Assembly (NCBI GenBank): GCA_013115145.1
Contig: JAAPAO010000184.1
Span: forward strand, 1-56,854
Direction: 5' to 3'
DNA length: 56,854 nucleotides
Source of the DNA: Perkinsus chesapeaki ATCC PRA-425
Lineage: Eukaryota > Protista > Perkinsozoa
Of this stretch, positions 33,910-47,585 are shown in pieces (position 1 is the first letter of the stretch; every line of letters starts with the position of its first letter). The position numbers were made by a program, and so were the translations under genes. A model generated the notes under the pieces. It made no database searches. It worked only from the letters and a program-made list of their open reading frames with translations, and was not told the origin of the DNA.

Positions 33910-36900
33910 TTAGCGTTGGTCTAGAGGTCGTATGGACATCGCAGGCTCAAGCACTACCATTGCCCGCCGCAAGTGGCCTCGAACGGCATTGGTCAGCTCC
34001 TCGCTAGCTGTTAGCTTCGATGAAGATTCATCAGAGGTTGATTGGGAAGCCTCTGGTGCTCCTAGTAGTCGAACTTCTCGTTCAGCAGTATTGACTTCAA
34101 TTGCCTGCTGGGGCTTAGATCCCACAATGGTGGCCTACAAGCTCACTATGAAAGATACTCCACAGGTTGATTGGGCAGCACCTTGAGGATTCCTCGATTT
34201 AAGTCTACCTCCTCTACTGGACCAACATTGTCGTGAAGTATCGTTCGAACTACCTCAACCTGATGACCAGCGGTATCACTCTCACGACGACGACGACAAA
34301 CTGACATTCCTAATTGAACTTTCATGACGAGCCCTTCAGAGGATGATTCAATTGAAATTGTCAACAAGCGGAAATCACAGTCAACGCACAGTCGAAGCCC
34401 TTCCTAGGCAGCAAAGTCCTATTAAACCAGCAGTCAAGCTATGAGAATATGATGCTCTCCATCTCCCCCTGCATTACCATTTTCCCAAACCGTTCCCCCT
34501 CCGATTCGTTCATCTTAGCCTCCTTCTGTATCTCCACCGCAGCCGCTGCCGCGCCATTCGGGTCTTCACTTGTACCTAACCCGAGACAATCAGCAGCCTA
34601 TCCTACCCTGGCAGCTCACCATCAACAGGCGTGCAGGCCGAATCCATCAAGAGCAACAACAAAGAATCGGCAACAAGATCCGCCATGGGAGAAGCCGACC
34701 ACCGTACTGTAATGAGAGACGGATTTAGCTGAGAAGTTCACCGAAATGAAATCGACTGTGCCACTCGAAGTTCCTACATGTCCTTCATCAGAGACCTTCT
34801 TTTGATGAACATACACCAGGCCAGACACTACAATACCAGTAGATTCGCCTACCACAAAAACGTAAAACAAGAAACGCTTCGCTCCGCTCAGTTACCTTCA
34901 TGAACCTCTCGTGCTGTCTTCGCCGACATAACATCGACATCTTCAAACAGCTAAACAGGACCTCTCTTCTCTCCCCACACCAGCCCACCATCCTACCTGG
35001 GACACCGCCTCGTTTGCAAATGCTACCAGATCAAAACCCGACACCGCGTTCAGTTTAACACTCATCTGCAGCTTTGCCGTTCTTATGCCTAAACCACCCA
35101 GATGATCTATGCCCCCCTGGACGCTGCACCTCCATACTAGTGAAGTCCGGTATCTCCTCCGCGGCAGTTTCCGCCGACACCAGCAATTGGCTGTCATATC
35201 CCGACCTAAAAGGCACCATAAGAGCAATCAAATCCTGTTAAATGCTCCTACGCCGGGTCCTCCACTAACAACGCCGTCGACGAACTGCCCTTATGTCGCC
35301 GTGATCTCTGACCAGAACATGTCCATCTCCATTCCAATAATACCCACACCCACCTTATTGGACCTCTGATGAGGCTTCTCATCGGCATCTGCTACCCTAC
35401 CCACTGCCGAGGCGAACGCTCTGCCTGATCACAAGATGCTGGACAACCGGGGAGGACACCAATAGTACGAGTCATGAACTGTATCTCAACAGACTGAGTG
35501 TTAGCCGGAGTGTTACATGAAGTACCAGGAAAGTCCTGACAAAATGGCAAACATGAATCGCTTCGCTCCGCTAAAGCCGCCTTACCAGCCCAAGCTTGTC
35601 CTGCAATCTTCGCATTAATGTTTGCTCTCCATGCACCAAGCACACATGTGGGACGTTAAGAGCTTGGATGAAGTCTCTCGTCTGAACAACAGCAACTACC
35701 AGCCTTTTTCTGACACCTCTAGCCATACTTGTCCGTAGTCACTGTGAGCCGAGAAGCTGATAGACTTCGTAGAGCACCTCACAGGCAGTTTTCGGCCATC
35801 TGTGAGGGTTAGAGTGTCTGGGTCATTCTGCAGGTCATGTGCAAGCGTACCAGCAACACTATAACCGGTAATAATAACCTAACGACACCGATCACCCCCG
35901 ACTGTAGGCCTATCCACATCCTACACCATTCTTCGGATCGGGTGCCCATTGCTCGAACAGTTCCCTACTAGTACCGCTCTGAAGCATACCTAAGGGGGAG
36001 AGTTGTGGAGCAATGGAAGAGCCAAGATGGAAATGTGAGCTATAATGCCTCGGTATCAATATTAAGCAGATGTTGAAACGATATAAATAAATTTACTAAT
36101 AATAACAGTGAGACGCTATAGAAGTCCGATACTGGTACTGTACAACTGGTATGCAGTAGCTATAAATTTTGTGGAAGGCGTATTAGTAGTGGTATGATAG
36201 TGTGACGATACTATACGAAAAAAGGCCATAGGGCTGTGGGGACGAGTCAATGAGCCTTGCTCATGACGTGCAAGACCTCCACGACAAGATAACAAACGAG
36301 TATTATGTTATTTGGTACCTATCTATGCCACACATTGTCATCCAGCTCAGCACACAGCTCTACAGTGGCATGCTCTTCGAAGGCTTTAAGAATCTCAAGT
36401 AGACTTATTATTATCATAAACGGTTGTAGTAATGAATAGGGACAGCTAAGATATCATATAATAAGAAAAATGCCAATGACAATCAAATCGATCAACCGTT
36501 TCATCTTAACACTGCTCGCATTGTTAATGCAGCTTACCAGGTGCGGCCATGACGACACAAGGCATGCCGGGTGCCAATACGATATCCTCCCATTCTTTAC
36601 AGGAATTATCAGGCATATTTTGAACATATCTAAAAGATTCCAAACAGGTTGATTCAGAAACCTCCGCAAGATACCCACTTCATAGTCCTCCATATATTAC
36701 GGCAGTTATTAGCCTCTTCCTACAACAACCACGCACTGCTGTGTCACGCGCCACAAAACTCCACCTCCTACCTGAACTTTATCACTGCATAATGCCGTGT
36801 AGGTCTCGAAGATCCTAAGGCATTTGTTGGCCATCGGCGTGGCGTAGAATATGGGTATTCTCTGAAAAGAATACAAATTGCTGAAATATCCTATGAGTTC

Positions 36901-38873
36901 TTCCAGAATCGTTCTAACCCAGGATACATCAACCCCGCTTCAACCTAAGATACGTCCTTACCTGCAATTCCTCATGTTTCCCCCAATACTCTTCTAGCAA
37001 CAGTAGAAGCTCCTGAGCTCTACCCAGAGCAAAAACCGGCAGGAGGCATTTCCCGCCAGTGCGGACGATCTGATGTAATTTCGTGGCGCGTGAACTTAAT
37101 TACCGCCCTACAATACCTCATGAACACTGCTTAGGAACCGAGCTTCCCTTTCTTTTCTGAAACACAAGCGTAAAGTCACGCGCCACAAAAATACGATTCC
37201 CCAAATTGCGTTGATGATGGCGTATGTTTGATGTTTAGACTATAGTATTGCCCGTCGTTGTCAGTTTATATCACCGTCGTCGATATACCCCCCTTTGTAG
37301 TCAACAAGTGCCAATAAAGTGCTGTAGGCGACGGCTTGCCACGAAGGGGAAACCCCTTGGAGACGTGCTGGCCAGAGTAACGCAGAGGACCTCGACCATA
37401 ACACATACAGTAACCTTTTACCTTAGCTGCACTAAGATCGGTTTCCAACAATTACTTGCCCAAGATCGCGTCCCCACAGCAGCCCCCCAAGACCCATCCT
37501 TCTCAATCCTCCCTAGAGTTACCTCGGCTCATGCAGTTGTACTCCATAAGTGCTCTCAACAACCAACGCGTGAATAGGAGCTGGCACCACCTCTGCATGA
37601 GGGAGATGCCTATCGACCTAATAAAATATCTTTTGCACGCCTGCGCACGAAGATACGTTTACCTCCCGACTGAAGTCTCCTGTATAGAGTAACCTCACCC
37701 CATCAATCTCAACCACGAACATTGCAGCGCCGAGTACATGACCTATACCAAGGTATAAACTTGAGGAAAAGTCGGTATGAACTAACCTGCTCGATACGCT
37801 GTGAATGATATCGGGCCTGCAGGGGTGGATATAGTGACCTGTTAGGAATGACGATGATGAGGAGGAGGAGCGGTCTGTTCGCTGCGCAAAATACCGCAGG
37901 ATTTGCTTATTTTTTAACACGTGATTTAATCCACGATATAAAGAGATTTTATTAACGTACTTTTCAAGACCCTGTATGAAAACCGTTTTCCTGGATAATA
38001 ACTTCATAGATATTAAAACCGGGCGGAAAAATTATCGTCAACTTTTCCTGCCTGAGCTACTTATATAAGCGAGCATCACTGTCCATATATTCCACCAGTC
38101 CGAATCAACATCACGGTACCACACTAGCACCCCTCTTACTGTCTGATGAAATGTACAAGTATCGATCCTCTGCATACATTTGTCAATATCAGTCCGTCCA
38201 TACCTACACAACAACCGTCATACCGCTCTTTCCTCAAATCCTACACTTGATCCTCTGCTGCCGTTATCTTAGACACCCTAGCATAGTCCTACCGACAACA
38301 TCACCACTCCTACCCATTGGCCCTCCTCCTACTTGCCACAGCAATCGGCAAATCGGTCTGGTCGGGTGCGTCATATATGTTCGCCCTTTAAAGTCCGTCC
38401 TCCCTATCTAAACCAGCACGGCTCAACTTCCACAGCAGCGACAAGTCCCTACCAGGTACGGCACCGCACCCGAGTGGTCCAAATGGAAATGCGTGACCAA
38501 GAGGAGATCGATGTTAGTGAGCTCCGCAGTTGAAAGATGGTCGAAGAAAGGCAACGCGGTCATCCTATCACACTCCTCGTAGGTAAACGGTTTTCTCGGT
38601 AACTTCTCACCCTGTATGCGCCGGATGAATCCCACAATCGAACATAACAGTTCGGCCTCGGAACTTCAGTATCACACAACTTCGACCGACCTAAGATACG
38701 TTCACAAAGGCGTATCTTTAGGTCGGTTGACCCACCTCCTGCCCTGCTCCCAACGGCGTTATTTCTAATGTATCCATTGACGCTGCAACGCCCGGCGTCG
38801 TAGACTCACTCGGCAATACCACTACCGGAGCGGCCGCAGAGGACTTTGCCGATGTAGGAGGGAGAGGTGACAT
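33910..38873 (-). CDS. CPSF3: CPSF 73-kDa endonuclease (metallo-beta-lactamase/beta-CASP), many exons; C-terminal extent approximate
   Basis: [11 protein letters not shown]; THFHLDH; GHVLGAAMF; YTGDFSRE; ESTYG; [14 protein letters not shown]; SFSAHSDY; LVHGE. Confidence 0.93.
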
Positions 38874-38898
38874 TAAAATCCTCCTATAGGCGACAATC

Positions 38899-39101
38899 CA
38901 TACCGCTCTTTCTTCTAAAATAGCAGCCTTATACATACGATCTTAAGATTCAGAAACGCAGTGTCATTATGATATAAAAATGAATAATAGTTCATACCGC
39001 TCTTTCCTCTGAAATGGTAGCCTTATATATTCACGCATCCGCAAGATTCGGAAACACACAATTGCAATATAAAAGTAAATATTAGCTCATACCGCTCTTT
39101 C
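38899..39101 (-). repeat. Degenerate ~95-bp tandem repeat (about 2.2 units, three core copies) upstream of CPSF3
   Basis: Core CATACCGCTCTTTC at 38899, 38993 and 39088; a fourth copy at 38219 lies inside a CPSF3 intron. Confidence 0.85.
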
Positions 39102-39381
39102 CTTACAAAACTGTTACACCCCCCTTCCGATATGAAAGCCTTTGTAACTCAACACACTAAGTATTTATCAAAATAATAATAACCTTCCTCTTCAACATGA
39201 CCATCAAGTGTCGCCTCCTAGTTGACCTAGGATATGCTGCCGAAGCCCTAGCAATCGGCTGTATGTTAATAATACCAACACTTTCTCTAGAACCATGCAG
39301 TAGGGAAGTACGGTCCCCATACGTAGCGGTGGACACCAGTAGGCCTAACAAAAACCTCTTAATTAAAGGTAAAGATGAGGC

Positions 39382-39711
39382 TTACATGGTAGCGCCTGTA
39401 TAGAGACTGTCCCACACGAATACACCAGCCCAGAGGGCCATAAGGCAATAGAAGCCTAAGCCGTTCTTCTCTGTACCTTCCTTAGTGTAATCGAAAGGAT
39501 GACAGGTTTTGGGGAATGGTTCCTGAATGAGGTAGATTCGAGGATTCGCATGGTTGAAGAATCTAAGGTTAATGCGTACATCATCCTTGTAGAGTGGATT
39601 CTCTGTCTTATAGCCTCTAGCAGCCACCATACGATATGCTTGTATAGGCCTTACCATACGGTTGGCAGTCGAAGTTGCCAACATACGGCGAGCAAGTGTT
39701 GGAAGCACCAT
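39382..39711 (-). CDS. Small putative mitochondrial single-TM protein (probably one intron)
   Basis: Arg-rich presequence-like MVLPTLARRMLATSTANRMVRP...; C-terminal TM GLGFYCLMALWAGVFVW. Confidence 0.55.
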   Translation of the reverse strand: MVLPTLARRMLATSTANRMVRPIQAYRMVAARGYKTENPLYKDDVRINLRFFNHANPRIYLIQEPFPKTCHPFDYTKEGTEKNGLGFYCLMALWAGVFVWDSLYTGATM

Positions 39712-39864
39712 GTGGATAATAATAACAAGTGCGGATATCGACAACACCACAATTCTGCTAACTACGTAGAGTTCGAAAGTTTCGCGCGCGCCCATCTGAT
39801 CGATCGTCTGCGCACTTGCTACGACACCAGACGTCACGTAATTTTAGTCTTGGTATACGGCCCG

Positions 39865-42027
39865 ATGACTATAACCTCACCATGCACCACTACACCATTA
39901 TTGTCATCTAAGCTTCTTCCAGATAACCCCTTTCCTAAACCCCCTCCTGGCTTCTTTGATGCTGGCTCTGTCTTCTGCTGCAGCACACTGTTATTCACCG
40001 CCTCGGTTGGCAGTGGTGTATTAGCATTACCGTCAGCAGCCAAACAAGCAGGCCTTGGTCTCGGTATCCTATTTCTGGTATGCGCAGGGCTCATATCCGC
40101 TACTAGCAACTGGATACTATCGAATGCAGTAACGGTATCTGGTCAAAGGACATATGGTTCAGTGCTGGCCTGGGCTATATCATATATCAAGACTGGTGGT
40201 ACACGGCAAGGCTTCCCACTACAGAGGCTTCATGCCTTTGATGCTTTCATGGTTCTTAACCAGGCTGCCAGTATCGTCACTTACCTAATATTTCTGGGTG
40301 ATTTTCTGCCCTCCGTATTCCTTACATGGACCGGTATCCCAGTCAACCGCACTCTGGTCCTTGTCATCATCTCCTACGTAGTGGTTCTCCCATTCTCTAT
40401 CAGCAGCGAGATATCATCCCTAAGAGCCGTCGGGTCCTTCAGCATGTGGGTAATGTTTGCTACCGCTATCCTAGCCGTTTGCAAAACGCCTTGGGGAGCT
40501 CTAGGGGGACAGCATCACCTAGAGACCAACTCAGCAGCTTTGGAGGGAGTCACATGGCAGCATGGTAAGCATCCGTAGCTACAGCATAGTGTGCTCAGTA
40601 TAAGAATATTTCCCCTTATATAGAGGCAATAGCGAACTTGGTTTTTTGATGCCTTTGTGTAGTAATATTGGTCCCCTCAGTTCCACATAGGCTTTCCACG
40701 GTAAATACCCTCCTCAGTATTACTGAATAGGGAAAACCTGCTTGTGAACCTTTTCTAAGGTCTCTGTTAACTTATCTGCTCGATTACATGCCAATAGGAA
40801 GCTTAAGACATATAGCATAGATGTGAACCCTCCACAGCGGAACTCATATGTGATATAATGCCGTCAAAGTGATGCCATCGCTGCCTCATGCCTTACCTTT
40901 TGAAATGTAATTCCCATAATTTCCCATTCGCCTCGTTTCTCTAACTTCCGAGCTTTCTCCTTCCCTCAGCCATGCAAGCCCTATCCCTCGGCACCTTCGC
41001 CTTTATGAATCAAGTCAATGCTGTATGTATCACAGCAGAGCTACATAAGCCGACCCCAGCACGCCAAGGCATTGTGTGCATTTCGAGCTCCGCATGTCTC
41101 TTCCTCTGCTACGCCACTCTGATGGCCTGCGTGTAGGCTATCGGCGGCGTCGAATGCCTCCTCGGCACTTGAGCATCTCAGGTACCTCACATTCGGTCAG
41201 GCAACCACGTCAAATTTCCTCCAGAACTACCCGGTTGATGATTCTGCGGTGAACGCCTGCCGAGTGGTGAGGATCTATATCATTGACAGATAGTTAGTGT
41301 CCGATTCAGGCAGTGTCGCTGATGCTGATCTTCGCATGCCCACTCAACCTTTTTCCTGTGACAAGCTCATTTTTCCATGCGATCGAACGGTGTGATCTCG
41401 AGAGCAACCCCCGAGTGCGGTCGGCTTTCAACCTTGTCGTCCTCACGGTCTGCCTCGTAGCGGCCATTTGGGTAGGCACCACCCGCTTGCTCAGCTCTGC
41501 GCACACCTTCCTACCAGGTGCCTGATGTAGGCTCGTTCATTGGCTTTGTGTCGGCCTATATGTCAACGCCATTGATGATGACTCTGCCTGCTTTTATCTA
41601 CATAGTATGCTGTCGGGTAGAGGATGCTACCCTGTCCAAGGAACAGATCCCTATTAGCGCATCCAAGGCCTTGCTGAGAAGGTAAGCATATCTCGCAGAA
41701 ATGCTCATGGTCGATGTATGTGTGGTGGCGGGTCAACGAAATAACGGGCGACTCTCTGGTGATCGTGCAACACTTAGACTGGTTTACTGTAACAGTTTAA
41801 TAAAGTTTAGTGCAACACTACAGTTTAGAGCGCTATGTTCGGGTATGAAAATCGAGCAGGTTCACCCGCTGGGGAGCCCTGACGGAGTCCTTCCTACTCC
41901 TTTCTGCAGCACAGGTTTGTTATATTTCAGGTCATGTCGCCTTGCCATACCAGCGATTTTACTCGCAGTGAGCGTGCTGCTGTGGACGGCTGCGACAGTG
42001 AACCTCTTCGGTGGCAAGAAGAGCTAG
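39865..42027 (+). CDS. Amino-acid transporter (AAAP/Aa_trans, SLC38-like), multi-exon
   Basis: LFTASVGSGVLALP, TYGSV, YLIFLGDF, PFSISSEISSLR and multiple TM segments. Confidence 0.85.
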
Positions 42028-42496
42028 CTTGAATGAAATTACTTTTTCCGTTGCACTGTGCGGCCTGGTCATAGGGCCTTCAGGCACCTGAGGGCAGCAT
42101 CTGCCTCCTAGCTCTCCAAGAGAGGTTTCAATGAAGAGTACTTTGCTGTTGACGTTCTTAGCTATGGTGTGGCTTGGTTTCAATTAATAGGCGCGTTGTT
42201 GCTGATCGCCAGCTCGATTCTTACGCGATTTTCGCGTATTGAATCGATAACTTGCTGCTGCTTGATTCCCTCGTCCTTTGTCGTATCTGATTGGGATTGG
42301 TAACTTGCGCGAGAGGGATGTGCGGTTCTGATAGGGATAGCGGCGTGGAACTCTAATAATGAATCCCGAACCTCGCTAAGTTCGTCTTGCATCGAGGGGC
42401 GTGGTTAAACGACACTCACGTGATTTAATCTGCCGATATCGGCTTTTATACAGCAGTCACAACACAGAACTATTGAAAAGGAGACAGTGGATAAAG

Positions 42497-42570
42497 TACT
42501 GGAACCGAGAATCGAACTCGGGACCTACTGCGTGTTAGGCAGTCGTCATAACCAACTAGACCATTCCAGC
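42497..42570 (-). tRNA. tRNA-Val (anticodon AAC)
   Basis: GCTGGAA...TTCCAGT acceptor stem, D-loop TGGTCTAGTTGG, anticodon arm ACTGC-CTAACAC-GCAGT, T-loop GAGTTCGATTCTC. Confidence 0.95.
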
Positions 42571-42805
42571 TCTGATCTTTTTGTGTTTTTCACGCACCCT
42601 GTTCTGGCACAATATATTCTCGCACCAGTATTGCTGTTGCTTGCTGAGGCTTACTCCGTAAGAGTATCTATCCCCAAAAAGGTATTTGAATCTCCATAAC
42701 CAGCAAGGGCCATATGCATGCACGGCTCTATTTCGCAGTGCATGCCTTTGAGAATTCCCCGCGGTAATCTCTACCGCAGTGTGTATTTTTTTGTGTCACT
42801 TTCCT

Positions 42806-43336
42806 ATGGCCACCAGCCAGGACAAGTCAGGAGGGGTAGCCTTCCCATCACAGTACGACGCAAGTGGTCTCTCTTCGTGGGACAAGGTCGAAAGTGTAAG
42901 GCGGTGCTTGCTTTTGCATAAGATAAAGCTCAGAAGTTTAGGAACTCCGTGGAGCCACCACTACTCTACGTTGTCGCCTACCTTCTGGTGAAGTTACTCA
43001 AATACAGGTTTGCGACAGCGTGCGAATACTCTATGTCATTCCATGCTTCTTTACAGGTTTCGATGGGTCAAGATGTGGCACATGCCAAAGCCATGCTATC
43101 AAAGCAGCTCGACGTACCTTATTCAGAGTTGGTATTATTCGATTTGACAACTAGTCAGGAGTCTTGCCACTGTTCCTGCAGTCCCTTCATCACGAAGGAA
43201 AGCTCATGTTCGATCCTCTTTCCTTCAACGACTTCCCTCAGTTGGACTCAGCTCGTGGAATGGACGTCGAAGTTAAGGTAATTCCCACGCAGTTACTCTA
43301 CTCGATTTGACTGTCTTCCAGATTTCGTCGAAGTAA
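42806..43336 (+). CDS. Small ubiquitin-like-fold protein, multi-exon
   Basis: Spliced reading TTLRCRLPSGEVTQIQ|VSMGQDVAHAKAMLSKQLDVPYSEL...EGKLMFDPLSFNDF...VEVK fits a beta-grasp pattern. Confidence 0.6.
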
Positions 43337-44389
43337 CCCGGAGAACTCGACAGGCCTCGTGGCGTGTACCACATGAAGTGCTTCTTCCATGTTTTGAGAG
43401 TTGCGTTTGACCAGTATTCAAATCCCACACCTTGCGACTCGCATGTTTGAGGATCAGCGCCAAACAACCTTTAGCCGAAAACTTCACGTTGAATAAGACC
43501 AGCGTCGCGTATCCTCAACGTAGAAGGTTCGAAGACACTAAGATGAGTGAGTGGCCAACCAGTCTCATGAAGTCTCTTCCTAACAATCTTATATGCTATA
43601 GGACATGTCCTAATTGGACGGCATTCACATGCCATGGTATGAGTCTCGGGTCCTAAATCGTTCGCAATAAAAGCTACGGGGAGTGGGCCCTAACTAAATG
43701 AACACCCTGTAGTCTGTCACGTCTGTGACTGTTGCATTGCAACTGACGGTCGAAAAACAGTCACAGGGCGTGCGAGTCACGCAGTGCTTCGATCGCTTGT
43801 CGTGCGATAGTTTTATATCCGCTCTCAGTATCATGTGTTCAACACCACACCTCACCGCTTATCCTCAACGTCGGTGTGTGACACTTTATAGTCACGCATA
43901 TCACGATGTATCGTTTGCACGTCTGCACAGGTCTCGGGTTCAATCCGCAGTCACGGAGTTTTTCTTGTAATTTTATCGAACACTGGCTGGTGGAAACTCT
44001 TCAACAGAGGATCATTTCCGAATAAAACCAACTCCGCGCCCTTTATACAACACCCCCAGTGAATAGCGTCTCAATCTGAGGCCCTCAACCAGCTTTACAA
44101 GTCGGTCATGGTTTTGCCGTTCAAGAAGATTACTTTGCTTATTGTGAGGCGGTTCCTTTCTGGAACCTCGAAATGGTTATCAGGCAAATTCGAGTTGAGC
44201 ACGCCGCTTCGGTCCAGCTTCAGGGATACCATTTGAACCTAGTATAAGACTCCTTGGGGAATAAAAAGCTTTCTTAAAAGAAGCACGAGAAATATTTTGA
44301 AGAAGTTTTCACTATATGGAACGCTAGATTGCGTAGCTGTTTACTGTCCAACAGCAGGAGCAGCATTGTCAGCACTGCCGTACTGCCGC

Positions 44390-45257
44390 ATGATAGTTAT
44401 TATTCTCCCTTTAATAATAATGGGAAACCTCGGATGTAAAGAGAATGATGCATACTCGGAGTTTGTGGCCCTGATGGACCGGACGTCCCGATACACCGGT
44501 GACATGGTTGATTCAATAAGGTACTACCATTGGGAAGGACGGAGGGCCGAGACCAAAGCAAATGGCAGTTACTTGAAGGCCAATCCTGATGAGGTTTCGG
44601 CGATAGTGAACGTGCCTCTAACACGAACCATCAACCTCACAGCTATGGCATATGTCCTGTTTATGAACTACAAGGATGTTGCTATTGTGACGGGTAAGTG
44701 AGGGGTAGCGGCCATCCTCATTGAAATGTGAATATCATACCGATTACTGCTGCAACTGTTTCTGGTTTCCAAAGATTCCCGTTTCTGCCATTTGAATGTT
44801 CTATTAGTTCTTCTCGCCAATGAAGTGCCATCACGACTTATCAGGCACGATGCCTTCCCCTGTCACCATTGGTGAGGATCCAACCCCCTCCTATCAAAGA
44901 ATGGTATCTGATATCAGAGCCTCACCAGATGCCTTTGTTGAAGGCCTCATGGACCGTCGAGCGCAGGACGTCTCTTTGTGGACGCTCAATAAGTACTACC
45001 GTAGAGTTCCATTCGTCCTGTAATGTCGGGTCAGGTTGCAGTCCATTCTCATGGATCCAGACTTCGCCCCGGACGCCCTCGGACAGTGGTGCTATGCAGC
45101 GTCGGAGTTGTGTCAGTTTTTAGTGGCAGCAACGAAGGCTGCCGAGATTTACAATTCAGCTTGGCAACTTGCGACAACCAAACTTGGACCTGTAATATGC
45201 TCCACTTCCGGACCGCCGTGGAGCTACGGTGTTTCCCTCAGACTGAAAGGGACATGA
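44390..45257 (+). CDS. Lineage-specific secreted/membrane protein, multi-exon
   Basis: MIVIILPLIIMGNLGC N-terminus, then three consecutive coding-like blocks; no domain recognised. Confidence 0.45.
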
Positions 45258-45577
45258 TCTCCGCCGGGGAAGAGAGCGATCAGCGAGTCCTGTATAATGC
45301 GACATGTTCTACGACCAGTTGTAGCAATTCAACTGCACCGGAGTCCCCTCGACCACCGACCAGGTAGGCGTTGGAGTCAGCAGTCGAGTTTGTGTTGTGA
45401 AGTGTTCGATTAGTCCCCCTTCAACCGAGATGGCTACGTTACAGGCTGCAGGCGGTCAAGGCCTCGAATGAAGTTAAACTGTCCCGTATTATGCAACATA
45501 TCTTTTTCAACTTTGGTCGTTGTTCTTGAGTTTTTAAGTTGACTGGAAAACTCAAAAGCTGTGTTGAAGAAAAGGCG

Positions 45578-47585
45578 TTAGGAAGGCAGCTGCTCCTCAT
45601 CGAGCAATAGTAAATACTCACGAGTAAGGTAAAGGGAACCGCAAACGACAATAAGGGGTTTGGATTCTGACATGGAAGGAATCACGACATAACTCTTGGG
45701 GAGCTTACTGTTGTCAGTGGGGCTAGCGCACTGCTGTAGGGCCGTCCAAAGGTCGTCCGCAGACGCTACGGTGGAGTTAAGGGATTCGAGGCATCTGCCA
45801 ATCCATGCAACAGCGCAAAATCTCTCCGGCTCACCTCCGGGCAGCCTCGGCAGCATTCTCGGGATCGACCGCTTTGACCTGTTAGGGATACGTTCAAAGA
45901 CGAAATGAATACATTGTTACCCAGGGCATTCCTGGCACTTCTCGGAAACCTGTCGTATAGACTTTGGTGATCGGCACCGAGTAGGATTGCGTTAAGAAAA
46001 CTGGCAGCATTTCGTCTGGATTTCGCCCACCAGAAAGAGCGACGATAAATCGTAGCTGAAAACGCATTGCGACCAAAAACGGTCATTCTCACGAACCTCT
46101 GTGATGTCCCCATTTGTGTCGAGCGTCTTCTGAATGGAATGTCGAAGAGACGCAAGCCCTTGGTGATTATGAGCGCCGTCGAGTATTAAAGGAAGGGCAG
46201 GATTGAGGGGGCAGGAGGTCAGTTCTTGGCGGCCATGGAGGACAGGGAGGTTCTCGACACCTGCAGAAAAGTCACATTTGCCGCGGTAATACGACCCCAC
46301 CTGAATCAGTGACATTGTCCTCGATTCCTAGCACTTTTAGAACTCCCCTCTCGAGGTCTCTGTAGTGCGCTTTGAAGTCCTCGTTGTCTTGGGGGACTCC
46401 AACTACTCGGAGCTCGGAGCCAGTGAGGGCACATCTTTGTTTGGCGATATCGATGCATGACGGAGATAGGAAGGCACCCGAGACGACAGCTGTAGAGGTT
46501 TGTGGGGTAATGATACCACATTTAACATCACATATCTGACAGAGATTGAAGCAACATGAAGAACCCATGAACATTACACAGGGATATCACGGTAAGCTGT
46601 AGAAAAGAAAGTGTGATCAACACTACAGTGGGATGAAAAATTTACTAGGTACCATGGCATGCTCCATGACGACAGGTAGTTATCGTGTAGGATGCGGTCT
46701 CAGCTACTCGGCCACTCGGTAAATTATGAGAAGCTGGTTGACGTTGATTTTATGAATCGGTGGCAAAGTGGCCCAAGAATGATAGGAAGTGTAACTGTTG
46801 GAGCTATGGAGCTCACCTTTTCTTTAGTATCCCCGAGGAAGTTCATATGGTCGAGTTCTACTCCTGTCACCACCGCTACATCGGTCTTGGGAAGGACCTA
46901 CCCAATGTCTGCCATCACAACTGAGTCATTGCCTTACGTTTGTAGCATCATCTCTGCCACCCATGCCAACCTCTATGACGACGAAGTCCAGCGGTCTAAC
47001 ACCATCATTCTCAATAGGGGAGTATATGCCCTACTTCATCCTGGAGAACCACGAGAACGCGGCGATGGTTGTGGCTTCGAAGTAGGTGAGACCAGCTTCA
47101 CCCTCGATCTTGGCCACCTCGAAGATTCGCTCCAACTCATGTTCGTATCTGGCGATCTCCGCTGCCACTCTCATCGTGCCCAATCGACTTACTCGATCGC
47201 CTCCATTATCTCCCCGTTGATCGATATCTGATCATTTGGCCATCGTTGGCAAGGGCTGGTGAACAACCCCACTCGGCAGGACGCACGCTGCAGCCGCTCT
47301 GCCAGTCCCGAGCAGACAGTCCCTTTGCCGTTAGTACCTGAAAAATAGAACACAGTATGGCTCCTTTCACCATCGAGGCATACCAGTGACATGTATGAAC
47401 CTCGAACCAGAGGCGGCGAGCTCTTCCAGGGGATCCCCTATCGCTCTGAGGATCTAACACAGCAGAGCTCGACGACAGTTGCCCGATTGGTGGCACCACT
47501 GTACATTGCGTATCCTTTGTAGAGACTCTGATGACTGGTCGATGACGCCTTTAAAAACTGGAGTAGCTTCCACGACACCTGTCAT
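45578..47585 (-). CDS. FPGS: Folylpolyglutamate synthase/dihydrofolate synthase (FolC/FPGS), multi-exon
   Basis: IHVT|GTNGKGTVC P-loop, GLFTSP, ISING, LDGAHN, VVCGSLYL. Confidence 0.9.

Noticed and set aside
33944-33951. GGCTCAAG on the plus strand
   Set aside because: 8-nt match antisense to a coding exon; chance
43273-43660. Minus-strand near-open frame overlapping the UBL gene's 3' end
   Set aside because: Contains a stop, has no domain and no independent support
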